From Chiloscyllium plagiosum (taxonomy: Eukaryota): DNA of 46,392 bases. Below are positions 1-11,607 of this stretch, piece after piece. Below the pieces are notes generated by a model, which made no database searches, was not told where the DNA came from, and was given only the letters and a program-made list of their open reading frames with translations. A program made the translations under genes and the position numbers. The stretch spans positions 461,903 through 508,294 of the forward strand of contig NC_057759.1 of assembly GCF_004010195.1 (NCBI RefSeq). Direction: 5' to 3'. Numbering within the stretch: the stretch's first letter is position 1; each line of letters starts with the position of its first letter.

Positions 1-395
1 TCGAATAGAGGGCTCCGCTGTCGAGTTAAACTCATTTTGCTGCCGCACAGATCGAGCTTTTTGAGCTGAGCGCTGACATTGTCGGTACTTTTAGACTAAA
101 ATCTTGAAATCAACAAATACATTGTCTTAAATTCTACCTTTGGGGTCTATTGGGGGAGCCGGGGAATAAGTTGAATTGAAAATGTTTTTGATTTTCACAA
201 GAGAGACCCAGAAATATCATAATATTCGCGGACACACAAACACAGTTACGTTCGACTTACCGTCCGCCCTTTTCCGACAGCCTCTCTGACACAGTATTCA
301 CATTCACACAGTCACACGCCAGAAATATCATCAAATGTAAGTGTGGAAGGATAGAATGTCTCCTCCTTTCTGCCTTTGCTGCGGTGTCCAGGGCG
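1..395 (-). promoter_or_regulatory. CpG-rich unique segment; possible 5' exon/promoter of a neighbouring minus-strand gene
   Basis: Roughly 19 CpG in 395 bp, against a CpG-poor background; minus-strand donor ACG|GTAAGT at 261/260. Confidence 0.3.
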
Positions 396-399
396 TTAG

Positions 400-800
400 T
401 TGTAGTTTTTCTCCTCAGTAACTGTTACACTCTCATCAGCTCTATTGTTTACATCCTCAAAGATGGCCAGTCGGTTTGTCAAGCTTAGAAGACAGAACAG
501 TGTGCACTGGAACAGGTCCTTCATGTTCATGCTGATTCTAGCAGATCCTGAATACTGTTTTGTCAAATGCTTCGCAATTGAAGCTTTCATTTTGATTTTT
601 TCCCTGCAGGCTGACTGGTCTATAGTTCATAATTTTATATCTACCTCCCTTTTCCATTGGATTGCTTACACAAGCTAGCCCCCAATCTGTGTAACTTATA
701 ACAGAACTTATAGAATCTTGGAACGTGACCATCACTGCATCCAGTATTACTCAGCCCATTACATCTGGGACGTAGATGATCAAGGCCTGGTGTTTCCCAA
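400..800 (-). mobile_element. Degraded CR1/HER1-type LINE ORF2 fragment
   Basis: Minus-strand peptides 'NYRPVSL', 'AFDKT' and 'PGLDHLRPR' match CR1 RT-proximal motifs. Confidence 0.75.
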
Positions 801-1189
801 CCTTCAATCCTATCCACTGTCCCAACATCATTTCCCAAATAATACTGATTTGGTTCAGTTCTTCCCTCTCACTAAACTCACCAATACCACTCCTGTGTTA
901 GTTGTGTGAATATTTGTGAACAGAGAACAATAGTATGCTTGCGATTTTTGAGACATTTTCATTCCCCATTTTGAACTCCCCTCTTTAATGTTGGAAGTGG
1001 CACGTGGTCCTCTTTGCTAACCTATTTATGTTCATTTCTCTCTTTACACATTTATTAGTGTTTTAGCAGTATTTTAAATGGTTTCCACAACATTACTCTT
1101 TTCTTCATTCGTTCTTTGTTAGTTAAATCGCTTTTAGCACTCATTTGTTAAATCTGGATCTGTTTGCAGCCTTCCCGTCTCGCTATATT

Positions 1190-4100
1190 CCCAAATTGTA
1201 GGCCTATTCTTTGGACCAAAAACTATCTTAAATAGTCGTTTCAAGTTTCACAACATTCTTTTTATAGGAGAGAGACGAGAATTGCACATAATATTCCAAA
1301 AGTGGCATTACCAATGTTCTGTACACCCATAACATGTTCTCCTAAGTCACATACTCAAAGCTCTGACCAGTAAAGGAAAACATATCAAATGCCTTCTTTG
1401 CTATCCTATCTAACTATAACTCCATGTTCAAGCAACAACGAACCTGCATTCCCACGTCTGTTTGTTCAGCAACACTCCATGGGACCTTAATATTAAGTGT
1501 GTAAGTCCTGCCCTGATTTCCCATTCCAATTTGCAGCACCTCATATTGATTTAAATTGAACTCAATATGCCTCTCCTGGGTCCAGTGTCCCATCTGATCG
1601 AGATCCTGCTGTATTCTGAGGTAGCCTTCTTTGTTGTTTAGTACACCTACAAATTTTGTGTAATCTGCAAACTTACTAACAATAAGTGGAACCTCACATC
1701 CAAATCATTCATAATAATGTGGAGGTGCTGCTGCTGGACTGGGGTTTGCAAAGTTAAAAATGACACTCCACCAGGTTATAGTCCAACAGGTTTATTTGGA
1801 AGTACAAGCTTTCTAAACACAGACACCTGATGGAGTAGCAGCAGTCTAAAAGTTTGTATTTCTAAATAAACCTGTTGGAATATAATCTGGTGTTCTGTCA
1901 TTTTTTAACAACAATCATTTATATAAATGATGAAAAGCAGTGGACTCAGCAGTGATCCTTGTAGCACATCACTTGTCACAGGCCTTCAGTCTGAAAAGCA
2001 TCCCTCCACCCACCACTCTCTGTCTTCTACCTTCAAACAAGTTCTGTATCCAAATGGCTAGTTCTCCCTGTATTCCATGTGATCCAATCTTGCTAATCAA
2101 TTTCCCAATGGGGAGCTTTGTCAAACGCCTTACTGAAAGCCATTTAGATCACATCCACCACTTTGCCCTCATCAGTCCTCTTCCTTACCCATTCAAAAAA
2201 ACTCAGTTGAGTTAGTGATACATGACTTCCCACGCAGAAAGCCATGTTGACTAACCCTCATCAATCCTGGCCTTTCAGAAAGATGTAATCCTGTCTCTCA
2301 CAATCCCCTCAACTGTTTGCCTACTGTTGATGTTATGCTCACTCTTCAATAGTTCCCTGACTTTTCCTTACCACCTTTCTTAAATAGTGGCACCACATTA
2401 TCCAGCCTCCAGTCTTTTTGCACTTCACCTGTGACTATGGATGATACGAATATCTCAGCAAGGGGCCCAACAATCACTTCCCTAGCTTATCATCATGTTC
2501 CAGGTCCACCTGATCGGGTGCTCGTACTTTATCCACCTTTTCTGTTTAAAAACATCCAGCAGCACCTCCTCTGTATTATGGATATTTTTAAAGATGTCAC
2601 CATCTGTTTCCCCACGTTCTATATCTTCCATTTCCTTCTCCTCAGTAAGTACTCGCTTAGTATCTCCCACCTTTCCTTTTCTTCCACACATAGGCTGCCT
2701 TGCTAATCTTTGCTGGGCCCTCTTCTTTCCCTGGTTACCCTTTTGACCTGCATGTATTAATAAAATCTATTTGAATTTTCCTTAACACCATTTGCCAAAG
2801 CTTTGTTATGTCCCTTTTTTGTCCTGCTCATTTCCTTCTTAAGTATATCCCTACTGCCTTTATACTCTTCGAAGGATTCACTGAACCTCTCCTGTATTTA
2901 ATTAATATATGCTTCCTTCTTATTTGGACCAAAAGCTCAACTTCTTTTCTCATGCAGCACTTCCTACACCTACCAGTCATGCCTTTCACCCGAACAGAAC
3001 ATACTGTCTTGTCTCTGTATCCTCATTTTCTAATTTTTCAGCCATCATTTTGCCTGTGAACATCTGCCCTCAGTCAACTTTTGAAAGTTTTTGCACAATA
3101 CTCCCAAAATTAGCCTTCCTCTAAATTAGAAATTTAATTTTTTGATCTGGTCTATCCTTTTCCATCAGAGTTTTAAAACTAATAAAATTATGATCATTGG
3201 CCCCAAAGTGCTCCCCCACCAACACATCATTATATCACAAGAGTAGGTCAAGATTTGCACCTTATCTAGAAGATACATTCACATGCTGAATCAGAAACTT
3301 TTCTTGTACACACTTAAAACATTTCTTTATGTCCAAAACATTAACAATATGGTAGCTATAATCTATGTTTGGAATGTTAAAATCCCTCACCATAACCACA
3401 CCATTATTCCTGCAGACCTAAGATCTCCTGACAAATTTGTTTCTCAATTTCCTGCTGACTGTTAGGGTGTCCGCAGTCCAATCCCAATAACGTGACCAAA
3501 CCCTTTCTTAATTCTCAGTTCCATCTAAATAATTTCCATGGCTATAAGCCCAAGGAATATCCTCCCTCAGTATAGGTGTGACCTTATCTCTTACCAAAAT
3601 GTCACTACCCATTTTCTCTTGCTGATCCCTCCCCCCATCCTTCCTATAACATTTGATTCCTGGAACATTGAGCTGCCAGTTGTGTCATCCCCAAACCATG
3701 TCTCTGTACTTGCTATGATATCCCAATTCCAATCCCATTTTCCTAACCATGTCCTGAGTTCATCCTCCTTCTCTGTTAGGCCTCTTGCATTGAAATAAAT
3801 GCAGTTTAAATTATCAATCCAACCTCATTCTCTTCTATGTTCCTGTCTGCCCTGGGTGTTTACTTACCGACTACCAGCCTCAGATTGATTGCTATCTCCC
3901 TGTTCCCACTTACCTCACCCCAAGCCCACACCTTACGAGTTTAACCCCTCCCCAGAAGCTCAAGGAAATGTCCCGGCCAATATAGTAGTCCCCTTCCAAT
4001 TCAGGTGTATTCCATCCTTTTTCTACAAGTCACATCTTCCCCAGAAGAGATTCCAATGATCCAAAAACTTGAACACCTCTCCCCCTCACCAGCTCCTGAG

Positions 4101-4402
4101 TTGGGCATTCCTCTGCTCTATCATCCTATTCCTACCCTCAGTCGCTCGTAGCAGTGGGAGTAATCTAGATATTACTATCGGAGAGGAACTGCTTTCTAAA
4201 TTCTTGCCTCTCTTCCTTCTTCCTTCGAAATCTCATCCCTTTCCCCTCCTGTGTAGTTAGTTCCAATGTGTAAGCCCCTTTGTGAATATCCTGCACTCTC
4301 GCCGAGAGATCCTTGATCCTGACACCAGGGAGACAACACACTACACTGATTTCAAGCTATCGGCCAGACAGACGTCTATCTGTGCCGCTGACAAAGAGAT
4401 TC
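1190..4402 (-). mobile_element. Long degraded CR1/HER1 LINE: ORF1 SGNH-esterase remnant, then ORF2 endonuclease and RT
   Basis: Minus strand: 'TDRRLSG..VVCCLPGVRIKD' (~4400-4310) and 'KDGIHLNWKG' (~4020-3990) for ORF1; EN/RT motifs downstream; many stops and frameshifts. Confidence 0.9.
1716..1910. mobile_element. Penelope-like pseudo-LTR-derived palindromic element inserted in the CR1
   Basis: Inverted arms ~1753-1813 and ~1847-1909; flanking duplication AATCATT(C/T)ATA at 1703-1713 and 1913-1923; degenerate CTGATGG...AAAA core. Confidence 0.75.
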
Positions 4403-4514
4403 GAGTTTTGTAATTTGTAAAAGAAGGACCTTCGAAATCGCGACTACCTCCATCTGAAACGATAAAGGCAGCTGATGTCAGGGAACATCGCCGTGATATC
4501 GGACAAGTTCCCCT

Positions 4515-4722
4515 CTAAGGCACTCACCATGCTGACTTGGAAATAAAACTGCTTTCTTTCACAGTCACTGGATCAAGACCCTGGAACTCCGTGTTCATGG
4601 CATTGTGGGCAGCACATGGACAACAGCTGTTCCAGAAGGTGGCTCACCACCGCCTTCTCAAAGGGATGGAGAATAAATGGTAGGCTCAGCCAGCGACATC
4701 CACGTTCCAGGAGCGAATAAAC
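4515..4722 (+). mobile_element. 3' end of a second non-LTR retrotransposon family (CR1/L2 group)
   Basis: Homologous to 39780-40040, 42565-42695 and, inverted, 12503-12660 (gcacatggac..cagc..ttc.agaagg..gctcaccac). Confidence 0.75.
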
Positions 4723-5099
4723 AAAAACAGCTGGGGTCTCTCATTGTGCCATACAATACATCACAAGGTTTCTGTCTGAGCATACATGCCACTAAAATCT
4801 GTCATCCACGACAAACTAAATCGAGTCCCATAGATGTTGTTGCACACCTGGTCTGACTTTTGCACATGCCTCCTGACCCAGAAATAAACACCGACACTGT
4901 GATTCAAGACTCTCTCCATCAGTTATTTTCTGCCTTCGTAAGAATGTTCCACTTATTCCATCTCTCTGTATGTTACTTTGGGCAAGGAGTTAATATTTCT
5001 GGATGAGGGGTCAGCAGGATTAAATACCACAGTTAACATTCGATCAGACGTGATGTTATTGAATGGGGGAGCACAGGGATGGGCCGAGTGGCCGCCAGC

Positions 5100-5770
5100 T
5101 TCCCCGCTCCCTGAGCAGATTGTGAGAGAGCCGGAGGGAGGAGTTATTAACATGACCCGGGAATGAGCTCCATTGGAGCTTCATAAAGAGGCAATTCCCA
5201 GCTTGAAACCTTCTCTGCCCTTTCCCCCACAGCCCCAGTTCCTTTGGTCAAATTGAGAGAAAAGGGAATTGGGGAAATGATCAATTTGTTTCTGGGAATC
5301 ATTGGGAAAAGCAGCGCATGCGCGATGCCTCATCGTCCGATCGCCTCCCCCAAAGTTGATTGTTCCTGAGCAGAGGAGCGCATGCGTGAGGCCCTCCCCC
5401 AGTGCTGCCATTGAGGAGCATTTACTCAGTGAGTGCAAGAGGTTTGTTTGAAACAGACCGCAATGGAGAGATCAGCGCCCGGGGAAGCGAGGGAACAGCA
5501 GGCTCCTTCCAGCAGCACATCGGGATGGGAGCCTGGGACACAGAGGGGGCTCCGAGACCGGGATTGGTTCGGGGTGAGTTCAGGGAGAACCGGGGGCTGT
5601 TTGTAAGAGGCCGAGCGGAGCAGGAACTGGTCCTGGAACTTGGAGTGAGCGGGCTGGGGGGAAGAGAGAGGCCTTTCTCGGGCTGTGTGTGGGCCTGCTG
5701 AGGGAGGCAGAGCGGGAAGAAGGTGCTGTGGGAAATCATTCCATTTGTGGAGATGTCCATATGTTGGTGA
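5100..5770 (+). promoter_or_regulatory. GC/CpG-rich promoter and first-exon region with two NRF1 motifs
   Basis: GCGCATGCGC 5314-5323 and GCGCATGCGT 5378-5387; YY1-like GCCATT ~5406; GTGAGT donors at 5429, 5574 and 5767. Confidence 0.7.
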
Positions 5771-5990
5771 GTTTATTTTATCTAAGTGAAATATTTTAGA
5801 ATTTGGGAAACAGAAAAAGACTGGAACGAGCTCAGGGCTCGAGTGGAACCAGGATCTGCACAGTTCACCTTGCCCTGTTCAAAAACAAAGAATTATAATA
5901 ATCATAACCTGGATATTGCATTGATCATTTGATGACTTCCTACTCAACTGCTAGTGATGTACAGGAGCTCTCTCTTTTGTCTTTCTCCAG

Positions 5991-6045
5991 ACAAATATTT
6001 GATGGACTAATCCAAGGTTGACCAACTGCTTCTCACACCCAGCAG
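5991..6045 (+). other. Probable 55-nt non-coding internal exon
   Basis: Strong acceptor ctctctcttttgtctttctccAG ending at 5990; donor CAG|GTATGT at 6046; stops in all three frames. Confidence 0.6.
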
Positions 6046-7539
6046 GTATGTTACCACTGTCAGAGAGGAGAATGTCCTTTCCACAGTCAGAGTGGATTGA
6101 GTCAGACACACATTGAGCTCCATTTCCAGAAGTATACATTCAATCCAAGAGTTAAACACAACTGACGATATATAAATCTACATCATTTTGCCCTGTTCTC
6201 AGTGCTTACCACCTCAGTGACAGTAAATTCCACTACTCAAAACCAATTATCATCTGTAAGATTGGAATCAGATTCGACTGTATGCTTATAATAAATATAC
6301 ATTTATGAGCTGCATTAAATTCGTATGTAGATTTGGCATTTTTAAAGTTACAATCAATTAGAACAAACCGATCATGGTGTTACATGTTTATAATAAATAT
6401 AAATATGAAGTGTGTATTTGAGTGCAGATATAGAAGCAATGTTGGGCATTTATGAGTAACTGAGCAGGACAAAATTATTCTTTTGATAAACAGTTGTCAT
6501 GTACAAAGACAATAATTAAACAATGTAAATTTCAAATGAACCTCTTGGTCAAGCCTTATTTGCAGAGGATGCTTCTAGAGAGGATGCTTATTGCTCATTC
6601 ACATACGTACATCCACATCTGTGTCTGTCTCTGTCTCTCTCATTCTCACTCTCAGCCTGGTGTTGATGAAAACACAATTTATGCATGCTCCCATTCTGGT
6701 TGAGGGCCTCAGTAATGCAGAATCATTTCCACACTTTTTAATGTATGAAACACTGATTGATAAGACATTAAACCCACCTCATAAAGTGCATCAGATCATG
6801 ACATGCAGGACTGGAAACACAAAGAGACATACAATGTCTGTGTGATATTGACCAGTACCATTCTTCTCAGTGTTACGGATTGGCAGCACAACAGAAAACT
6901 CACTCACATTCAGCCAGTTAATGGTTAAAAGGTAGAAAAATGCAATTTAGGCCAACAAATACTTCCAGATGACAGTCATAAATTGACTGACCAAATTATT
7001 AATCGCTTCAGAAGATATTAGTGTTAGATGTTCAATTATTGCAGTGCCCAGCAGCAACTGACAAAGACTTATACACACACACACAATGTAAAATTAAACC
7101 TGATATTTAATACAGTAAAATTCAAATTCTTTGCAAAGGTAAGTATTGAACCAACATTCATCCCTCAATCACACAGGTTTAGCGAACATTGAACTGGTTT
7201 ATCCTACACACTGCCTGAAAACACACAACTGAACGTAGAAAGAGAATGGTATTCATATACGTGACTCGTCACTGTTGCACACAGAGCAAAAGTGGCACTA
7301 TAGGTATCCAAAGGCCGATAACTGCAGAATTAATCTCAAATTGGCATTTACACTGAGACACTGGCAGTGAGTAGATGAAGTTCAGAATGCCAAACAGTTA
7401 GTGGAAATTAGTATGGAGAACAGATAAAGAATAGAATGTCCCAGCACAGACACAACAGGCTGAATGTCCATACCAATTCTGTGATTGAGTCATAAATCAC
7501 AAAATGCATGAGCTTAAGGTCCAATCACAACACCTAAGA

Positions 7540-8040
7540 ACTGCTATCACAGATATACATCAAGTCCTAAACTCTCGTATAGACACAACTGAAACTGACA
7601 GACATCGATTGATATCTGCTTTCTCATATTCACATTGCAGCAACTGGACGGGAGAGAACAATAATCCCACACACACACATACGACAGGTACAGGTTGACA
7701 ACTAGATTAACACATTCGTGTAGCAAAACCTGACAGGTACAGTATGATAAATGAATTTGCATATTTATAAACAAGAAGCTGGTATATACAAATTAGTAAC
7801 TGCACTCTCAGATGCACAGAGCAGAATCTGACAGGGACAGGTTGGTTAATAACTCACACATGCAGGTGGTAGTAAATTTCGGAGAAAGATTGATAACTAC
7901 ACTCATATGCACAAAGCAGAAACTGACAGGAATAGATTGATTATGCTCCCAATTTCAAATCATCTAAATTGACGTGTACGCTTTGATAACGACACTCACA
8001 TATTCATAGAGTAGAAAGTGACAGATAGAGATTGATAATA
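7540..8040 (+). repeat. Decayed minisatellite, ~47-49 bp unit
   Basis: Recurrent ACTCACATATGCACAGAGCAGAAACTGACAGG-like units at ~7571, 7618, 7710, 7802, 7898 and 7991. Confidence 0.7.
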
Positions 8041-8078
8041 AAACAGAAATTAGTGGAAAATTCACATGTGAGGCAGCA

Positions 8079-8640
8079 TTTCAGGTCTACTGACCGGTCC
8101 ACAGGACTGATGGTGGCAAGGAAAATGCACACAATGTGTTCTCCTCTATGTTGGGGAAACTGAATGTAGATTGGGTGTCCACCTTGCAGAATGCATACAT
8201 TCTATCCACACAAAAAGACCTGAGCTTACAGTTGCCTGCCACTTCAATACACCACCCTGTTCCCTGGCCAACATCTCTGTCTCAGGCTTGCTGCAGTGTT
8301 CCAATGAAGCTCAGTCCACGCTGGAAGAACAGCACCTCATTTTCTGCTTGAGAATTCGACAGCCTTCTGGACTCAATATTGAGTTCTACAACTTTAGGGC
8401 TTGGGGTCTCCCATTTAATTACCCAGAACCCCACACATCTGGCCTTGTTAACATATAGTCTGCTATGATACACCACCAATTGTTAGCCACTAACAGCCCC
8501 TATTAATAGGCTATCCACCCTCTTAGTCTGACAGTTATCCACTCCTTTGTCTATCTCCATCTGTCTTTTACTCGTCACTCTTCCACTCACCGTTTCTTCT
8601 GTATAAAACACTAATATTTTCCTAGCTGCCACCAGAAAAT
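8079..8640 (+). mobile_element. Penelope-like element 3' part: GIY-YIG endonuclease remnant and 3' UTR
   Basis: YVGETECRLGVHLAEC..VACHFN..LEEQHLIFCL..QPSGLNIEF matches the PLE GIY-YIG C-terminus. Confidence 0.9.
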
Positions 8641-8659
8641 ACAGAAGTTTGAATACATT

Positions 8660-9090
8660 GACCAACAAACTCAAGAACAGCTTCTCTGCTGTCATCAGAC
8701 TTTTAAATGAACAGCTGAAATTTTAAGGCGAAAGTGGGTACTGCAGATCGTGGAGATTAGAATCCAGATTCCTTGCTGGAAAGGCGCAGCAGGTCAGGCA
8801 GCATCTGAGGAGCAGGAAAATCGATGTTTTGGACATTCCTGATGAAACACTTTTGCCCGAAACATCGATTTTCCTGCTCCTCGGATGCTGCCTGACCTGC
8901 CGTGCTTTTCCAGCACCACTCTCATCTCGCTCAAAGTTTAACGTTAATCTTTCTCTTTGCAGCTTTAATACTGTAATGTGGATTCTGTTCTATTATCCTG
9001 ATGCATTTTGTATGATATTATCTGCCTGTAAAGCACACAAAACAATACTTTCTATTGTATCTCAGTGCATGTGACAATAATCAGATCAAA
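8660..9090 (+). mobile_element. Rex1/Babar-like LINE 3' end, interrupted by a PLE palindrome
   Basis: 'NKLKNSF..AVIRLLN'-like C-terminus and gtgacaataa tail. Confidence 0.55.
8729..8927. mobile_element. Penelope pseudo-LTR-derived palindromic element
   Basis: Inverted arms 8774-8835 and 8854-8915; same family as 40847-41068; CTGATGA...GAAA core at ~8839-8862. Confidence 0.85.
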
Positions 9091-9396
9091 ACAAATGGAT
9101 AACTATACTCACATATTCATAAAGTTAAAGACTTTTCTCTCTCCACGATGATCTTTTGGATTTTGACAGTGGGAAAATTGGGTGATGGTAGCACAATTGA
9201 TTATCACGGAGCTGTGGTTAGATTGTGCGTCAATGATAATTGTCAGGTGTTGATGGGTATGGCGAATTAAAATTCTTCATTAGTTTTGACCCCATTAAAT
9301 TCTTTTTAAAATCATTACATCAAACTGGTTCCAACTGATAGTCCCAATCAATGGACGAACTGCACGGCTTTTGATCTAGGTGTGTATCCTCTGCAG

Positions 9397-9698
9397 TTCC
9401 TGTCACAGATGCTGTGCTGTTTTTCTGCACTAATGGGACTGAGATACATTCTGGAGAGAGCCTGGTTCTCCCGTGACTGGTGAAGGAAGGCACTGAGCCC
9501 CAGTTACTTTGGTACCATGACAATGTACTGCAAATAAATGGCAATGCAAGCTACCATGTGACTGCCGGTGGTGGTGAGCTGGTTAGCCATTCATTCCAGA
9601 GAGACAATGTCGGGAGTATCACTGTGCAGCAATCAACAATGGAATCAAAAACACTATTTTTAACGTGACCTGCGACAATTTCAACTTCACACTGCAAG
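9397..9698 (+). pseudogene. Disabled Ig-like (C2/I-set, FcR-like/CEACAM/PECAM-type) domain exon
   Basis: AG at 9395-96, GT at 9699, phase 1/1; PVTDAVL..GESLVLP*LVKEGTEPQLLWYHD..GGELV..DNVG/EYHCAAINN; B-strand Cys position is TGA (9474) and 1 nt is missing at the G-run 9612-9614. Confidence 0.85.
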
Positions 9699-9802
9699 GT
9701 CAGAATGACAGTTAGATCATAAATAGACAGAGCACAGAGAAACACCAACCACTCCATCTAGTCTGTGCCAGTTAGAAACAGTTACCCATCTCAATTTGGT
9801 AG

Positions 9803-9935
9803 GTGATGGCTGGTTGGTATCATCATGAGGTTATTAATCCAGAAACATGGCTCATGCTTGCAGGATCCCAGTTCAAATCCCGCCCATACGAGATGGTGGA
9901 ATTTTCAAGAATTGAAATCTAGAATGGAAAGTCTT
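9803..9935 (+). mobile_element. 5' part of a tRNA-derived SINE (non-HE1 family)
   Basis: B-box-like cagttcaaatccc; similar to 42186-42505. Confidence 0.55.
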
Positions 9936-10360
9936 ATGAAGAGGAGTGCAGTGGAGATTCACTAGGATGGTCGTTGGGATGGGACCTCAAAGAGATGTTT
10001 AAGATTCTGAGGGTCCTGGATGGGGCGAAACGAAGCAACACTTCTCCTTCTTGAAGAGTTAATAACAAATGGGGCATCATTTTAAAGTGAAGAGCAGGAG
10101 GGTTAGAGAGAGACTGTAGGATTGCTTCATTCAGATGGTGGTGGGAGTCTGGAATGCACGGCCTGGGAGTGTCATTGAGGAGAGAAACCTCGCAACCTTC
10201 ATAATATACTTTGATGAGCACTCGAAGTGTCATAACATTCAAGGATGTGGATGCTTAGAGCGGGAAAGGGGGGACTAGTGCGTGTATTGATGGAATTTCC
10301 GTTGTTCAGTCCGAATGGGCGAAAGGACCTCCTTTGTACTGCAAAATTCAATGATTCTGA
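9936..10360 (+). mobile_element. CR1 LINE 3' end
   Basis: Typical ORF2 C-terminus and gggc.gaa.gg.cct tail. Confidence 0.75.
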
Positions 10361-10470
10361 CTCACTCCATATAACTTGACATTAGTTTCATTTTTTTTTA
10401 AAAAAGTTGTTTATTTAATATTGTCACAGTTTGCCCCATAGCTCTGAGTATCACAATGATCGATTGATTT

Positions 10471-10787
10471 GGTGGCTCAGCGTTTAGCACTACTGCCTCA
10501 CAATGCTTGGCATCCACGTTCGAAATCGGTATTGGGTGATTGTCTGCGTGGAGTCTGTACCTTCTCACCGTGTCTGAGTGTGTTTCTTCCCACAGTCCGA
10601 AAGTGTGCAGGTTAGATGGATTGACCACGCTAAATTGCTCACAGTCTCCAGAGATGTGAAGGATAGATGGCATAGTCATAGGAAATGCAGGCTTACAAGG
10701 ATAGTATGGAGGATAGGTTGGATAGTCTTTGAAGGATTGGTGTGAACTCGGTCGCTAAATTGCCTGCTTCCACACTGTAGGAATTCT
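10471..10787 (+). mobile_element. HE1 SINE, old copy
   Basis: A box ggtggctcag, V-SINE core and ttccacactgtag tail. Confidence 0.85.
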
Positions 10788-11134
10788 GTGGTCCATCTGA
10801 TGGTGTGGTTTCTGTTGTGTAGAAGGTTAAAATTACCTCCCAAGGGGCATGCAAGTAAGAGAGCTTTACTTATACAGAAAGAATGCACAAGCACCTATAC
10901 CTCCCAGTAACATTTCTACTCTGAGAAAACTGTAGTTTTCACCGTCAACATTCGAAACAGTCAAGCTGATGGCAATTTGACATGTTAACATCAAACTGGA
11001 ATTAAAAGACAGTTGGCAGTTTCAACTTTTAGAAATGCAACAAAGATCATCATGAGAGGTAGGTATAAATGACAATTGGCACGAGGTGCACCTTTGAAAT
11101 ATACCATTCCCTGCCCTTTTCTAAACAATCGAGT

Positions 11135-11605
11135 CACAGCAGGAAGGAAGCCCTTTGGCACAACTCATAGCTTGCCAACCAGGTTTTTGAAACTGAATTA
11201 GTCCCATTTGCCAGTGTTTAGTCCATGCCCCCTAAACCATCCTGTCATTGCACATGCCCAAATGTCTTTTGAACGTCACAATTGTACTCACCTCTATTAT
11301 TTCTTCCGGCTGCTCGTTCCATATATGGACTACCTTCTCACCTTAAACCTATGCCCTTTAATTCTGGATTTCAGAATCTATATTTCTCTATATCACCATA
11401 TCTATGCCTCTCATGATTTTTCAAATCTCTATAAAGCCACCCATCAGCCTCCTGCACGCCATCGAAAAAAAAATTCGAGCATATCCAGCCTCTCCTTAGA
11501 AATCAAACCTCCAATCTTGATAAAACCGTTGAAAATCTTTCCTACACACTTTCCAGTTTAACAGTACGCATCGTTGCAGGGCAACCTGAATTGTAAGCTG
11601 TACTC
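11135..11605 (-). mobile_element. CR1 LINE 3' fragment
   Basis: Reverse complement of the CR1 3' end seen elsewhere in the window. Confidence 0.75.
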
Positions 11606-11607
11606 CA

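Noticed and set aside
5402..5760. 99- and 112-aa ORFs as coding genes
   Set aside because: Expected by chance in GC-rich promoter DNA; no recognisable domain
7540..8040. CRISPR-like array
   Set aside because: Eukaryotic context; units are divergent tandem copies without unique spacers
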